Shown: positions 61,517 through 64,000 of the stretch, piece after piece
Layout: the number at the start of each line of letters is the position of its first letter
How positions within the stretch are numbered: the first letter of the stretch is position 1
NCBI GenBank assembly: GCA_963836185.1
Contig: CAWIIQ010000001.1
Location: 928,001 to 992,000 of the forward strand
Direction: 5' to 3'
DNA length: 64,000 nucleotides
Source: Candidatus Krumholzibacteriia bacterium
GTDB lineage: Bacteria; Krumholzibacteriota; Krumholzibacteriia; Krumholzibacteriales; Krumholzibacteriaceae
Translations under genes and position numbers: made by a program
The notes under the pieces: generated by a model
The model's input: the letters and a program-made list of their open reading frames with translations, nothing else
Database searches by the model: none
Told to the model about the DNA's origin: nothing

Positions 61517-62548
61517 ATGAGCGATCGTATCGTCGATCTGAGAAGTGACACTGTGACCAGGCCGTCCGACGGAATGCGCCGTGCGATGGCGGGGGCCGAG
61601 GTCGGAGACGATGTTCTCGGCGATGATCCTACCGTGCAGATCCTCGAGGAGAGGATGGCTGCCCTTCTCGGAAAGGAAGCGGCCCTTTACGTACCTAGCG
61701 GTACGATGGCGAATCTCCTCGGGATCCTCACACAGACCTCTCCGGGCGACGAGATCATACTCGACCGCAACTGTCATATAATCAACTACGAGGCGGGAGG
61801 CGCGGCCGTTATAGGTGGAGTCCAGCTATATCCGCTCGACAGCCCCGATGGATTCCTGCCCGAGGAGATGCTCGAAGGGGCCGTCAGGCCCGATAACATC
61901 CACCATACGAACACTACTCTCGTGACGGTCGAGAATACACAGAACAGGGGCGGCGGCAGGATATACCCGGTCGAACGCCTCGAGGCTGTAGCTGGATTCG
62001 CGGCGGACTATGGGCTGAGGCTGCACATGGACGGGGCCCGGCTTGCCAACGCGGTGGTCGCGACGGGCATCTCGTTCGAGAAGTACGGCACCCTGGCTGA
62101 TTCGATAAATATCTGTTTTTCCAAGGGACTAGGCGCGCCGATCGGTTCGGTCCTGATATCAGACGCGGAAACAGTCAAGAAGGCAAGGGACTGGAGAAAG
62201 AGGCTGGGAGGCGCGATGCGGCAGGTGGGTATCCTCGCTGAGGCCTGCCTCTATGCCCTCGACAATAATGTCGAACGTCTCGCTGAAGATCATGTCCGTG
62301 CCGCACGGATCGGGCGGATAGTCGAGGATACACCGGGCATGGATCTCGTATTTCCGGTCGACACGAACATAGTGATATTCACCACGGGCGGCGCTGACTC
62401 GGTCGAGCTCGTTTCGAAGCTGGAGGACATGGGCATCCTTGCCCTGGCCATCGGCCCCGGCAGGGTCAGGATGGTCACCCATCTCGACATTTCCGACGAG
62501 GATATCGACTATTTTGAGGAGGCGTTTCCCGGGATAGCCGCTGGATGA
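61517..62548 (+). CDS. ltaE: Low-specificity L-threonine aldolase
   Basis: DLRSDTVT, VGDDV, SGTMAN, HMDGAR, CFSKGLGAP.GS, GGAMRQ.G. Confidence 0.95.
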   Translation: MSDRIVDLRSDTVTRPSDGMRRAMAGAEVGDDVLGDDPTVQILEERMAALLGKEAALYVPSGTMANLLGILTQTSPGDEIILDRNCHIINYEAGGAAVIGGVQLYPLDSPDGFLPEEMLEGAVRPDNIHHTNTTLVTVENTQNRGGGRIYPVERLEAVAGFAADYGLRLHMDGARLANAVVATGISFEKYGTLADSINICFSKGLGAPIGSVLISDAETVKKARDWRKRLGGAMRQVGILAEACLYALDNNVERLAEDHVRAARIGRIVEDTPGMDLVFPVDTNIVIFTTGGADSVELVSKLEDMGILALAIGPGRVRMVTHLDISDEDIDYFEEAFPGIAAG

Positions 62549-63249
62549 TGAGAGAGTTTTCCTTCTATCTCGTAAGTACCCCCATCGGAAATCTTTCCGA
62601 CCTGTCATATCGCGCCGCGGAGATCCTCTCTTCGGTCGATTTTATACTGGCCGAGGATACGCGTAAGGCCCGGACCCTTCTCACTCGATACGGTATCGAT
62701 ACACGGACCTTCCCGTATCATGATCACAACAAAGAGAGGGTCACACCCGGCATACTCGATCGCGTCGAGGGAGGAGAAACGGGAGCCCTGGTGACCGACG
62801 CGGGAACGCCTGGAGTATCGGACCCCGGGTATTATCTCGTAAGGGCGATGATCGACAGGGGGATAGAGTTTACGGCTCTGCCCGGGCCGAGCGCCGTCAT
62901 GCACGGACTGGTCCTCTCGGGGCTTCCCACCGACAGGTTCACATTCTACGGGTATGTTCCGAGGAAGAAGGGGGCAAGGGACAGGCTGTTCGAGGAGGCG
63001 GGCGCTGCCACGGGAACGGCGGTATTTTTCGAGAGCCCGCACAGGATAGTCTCGACGCTCGAGGCACTTTCAAGGGTCCTGCCCGACCGGGAGGCCGCGG
63101 TAGCGAGAGAACTGACCAAGCTGCACGAGGAGGTATCGAGAGGCAGCGCGGCAGAGCTGGCCGAACGATTCGCCGACCGCCGGGTAAAGGGCGAGATCAC
63201 GCTGCTTGTCCGCGGAGCGGGGAAAAGGAGGAAGGGCGGAACCGCTTGA
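62545..63249 (+). CDS. rsmI: 16S rRNA C1402 2'-O-methyltransferase
   Basis: TPIGNL.D, AEDTR, DAGTPGVSDPG, FESPHR, RELTKLHEE, KGEI. Confidence 0.95.
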   Translation: MMREFSFYLVSTPIGNLSDLSYRAAEILSSVDFILAEDTRKARTLLTRYGIDTRTFPYHDHNKERVTPGILDRVEGGETGALVTDAGTPGVSDPGYYLVRAMIDRGIEFTALPGPSAVMHGLVLSGLPTDRFTFYGYVPRKKGARDRLFEEAGAATGTAVFFESPHRIVSTLEALSRVLPDREAAVARELTKLHEEVSRGSAAELAERFADRRVKGEITLLVRGAGKRRKGGTA

Positions 63250-63275
63250 CAGTATGGCGGTTCACGATTCATAAT
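63246..63275 (+). promoter_or_regulatory. sigma70-type promoter
   Basis: TTGACA-18 bp-CATAAT. Confidence 0.5.
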
Positions 63276-63325
63276 CGTCTGATACACGAATATTCGCATA
63301 TCTGCGAAAGGACCGCGGGAGCGGT

Positions 63326-63934
63326 ATGATCGACAAATCCATTATAAAGGAGCGCTTCAGGGGGATCATGTCTCCCGTAGTGGACATCCTCGATTCGCTT
63401 GGGGTGACTCCTATGGGAGTGTCATATGCCGGGCTCGCTCTCAGCGTCCTCGGAGCTCTCTTTGCCGGGGCCGGCATGCTGGTCACGAGCGGTATCGTCC
63501 TCATAGTAGCAAGCCTGTGCGACAGTCTAGATGGTTCGCTGGCCCGTAAGACGGGAAAGGCCTCGATATTCGGGGCTTTCTTTGATTCTAACGCGGACAG
63601 GATCTCCGAATTCGCCTATTTCGCCGCCCTGGCCTTCTATTTCGCGGGCAGGGGAAGCGGAGTCATGATCTTCTTCACGCTCGCCGCCCTTGCAGGTTCG
63701 TTCCTGACGAGCTACTCGAGGGCGAGAGCAGAGGGCCTTGGACTCGAGTGCTCAGTCGGTATACTCGAGCGGCCCGAACGCATCGTGCTTCTGGCCGTGG
63801 GCCTGCTGTTCGGAGGCAGGACCCTTGCCGCCGTCATGATCCTGCTGGCGATACTCAGCATATATACTTTTATCCAGCGGGTCCTGCATGTCCGAAATAT
63901 CACCGCCGGCGATCAGCCGCCGGAGGAACTCTGA
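63326..63934 (+). CDS. CDP-alcohol phosphatidyltransferase (PIP synthase-like)
   Basis: DSLDGSLAR...GAFFDSNADR; SYSRARAEG.G; G..ERPER. Confidence 0.88.
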   Translation: MIDKSIIKERFRGIMSPVVDILDSLGVTPMGVSYAGLALSVLGALFAGAGMLVTSGIVLIVASLCDSLDGSLARKTGKASIFGAFFDSNADRISEFAYFAALAFYFAGRGSGVMIFFTLAALAGSFLTSYSRARAEGLGLECSVGILERPERIVLLAVGLLFGGRTLAAVMILLAILSIYTFIQRVLHVRNITAGDQPPEEL

Positions 63935-64000
63935 TCCCGGCCCGCACGCATTGACACAATGAAACCGAGCTTCCGCTCTATCCTGAAAACCTCTGTGCCG

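Overview
This is a chromosomal window from a GC-rich bacterium. An FlgD-Ig/T9SS-type C-terminal domain, Reg_prop/Y_Y_Y sensor kinase, M64 peptidase and tricorn protease suggest an FCB-group lineage such as Krumholzibacteriota or Latescibacterota (inference). I found no prophage, integrase, IS or CRISPR array. At least seven long genes are broken by small indels, most likely long-read errors. Housekeeping content includes nth, nfo, trxB, FabL-like SDR, acyl-CoA dehydrogenase, tRNA-Val(CAC), mscL, rsgA, HU, ltaE and rsmI. Four signals stand out. (1) An unannotated selenoprotein candidate (EPCG-UGA-KK, in frame, with a SECIS-like hairpin) lies in an operon with a 1543-aa pseudokinase/AAA/TPR/GAF sigma54 activator and Nif3. 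(2) Three minus-strand sigma54 (-24/-12) promoters, two with an upstream TGCA-N9-TGCA motif, point to an FHA/phosphoesterase/Ser-Thr kinase operon, a giant TPR operon and a candidate ~95-nt small RNA. (3) A queD-queC-DUF366-queE operon. (4) A two-component system with paired CCGCAT-N4-ATGCGG palindromes upstream of an FGE/C-lectin-fold lipoprotein. Other notable items are a histone H1-like repeat protein next to a pdaD-speB-DHS-like polyamine operon, a giant matrixin/beta-propeller secreted protein with a small partner, and a FecR-like plus kinase-TPR pair. All calls are by-eye motif recognition; no database searches were run.
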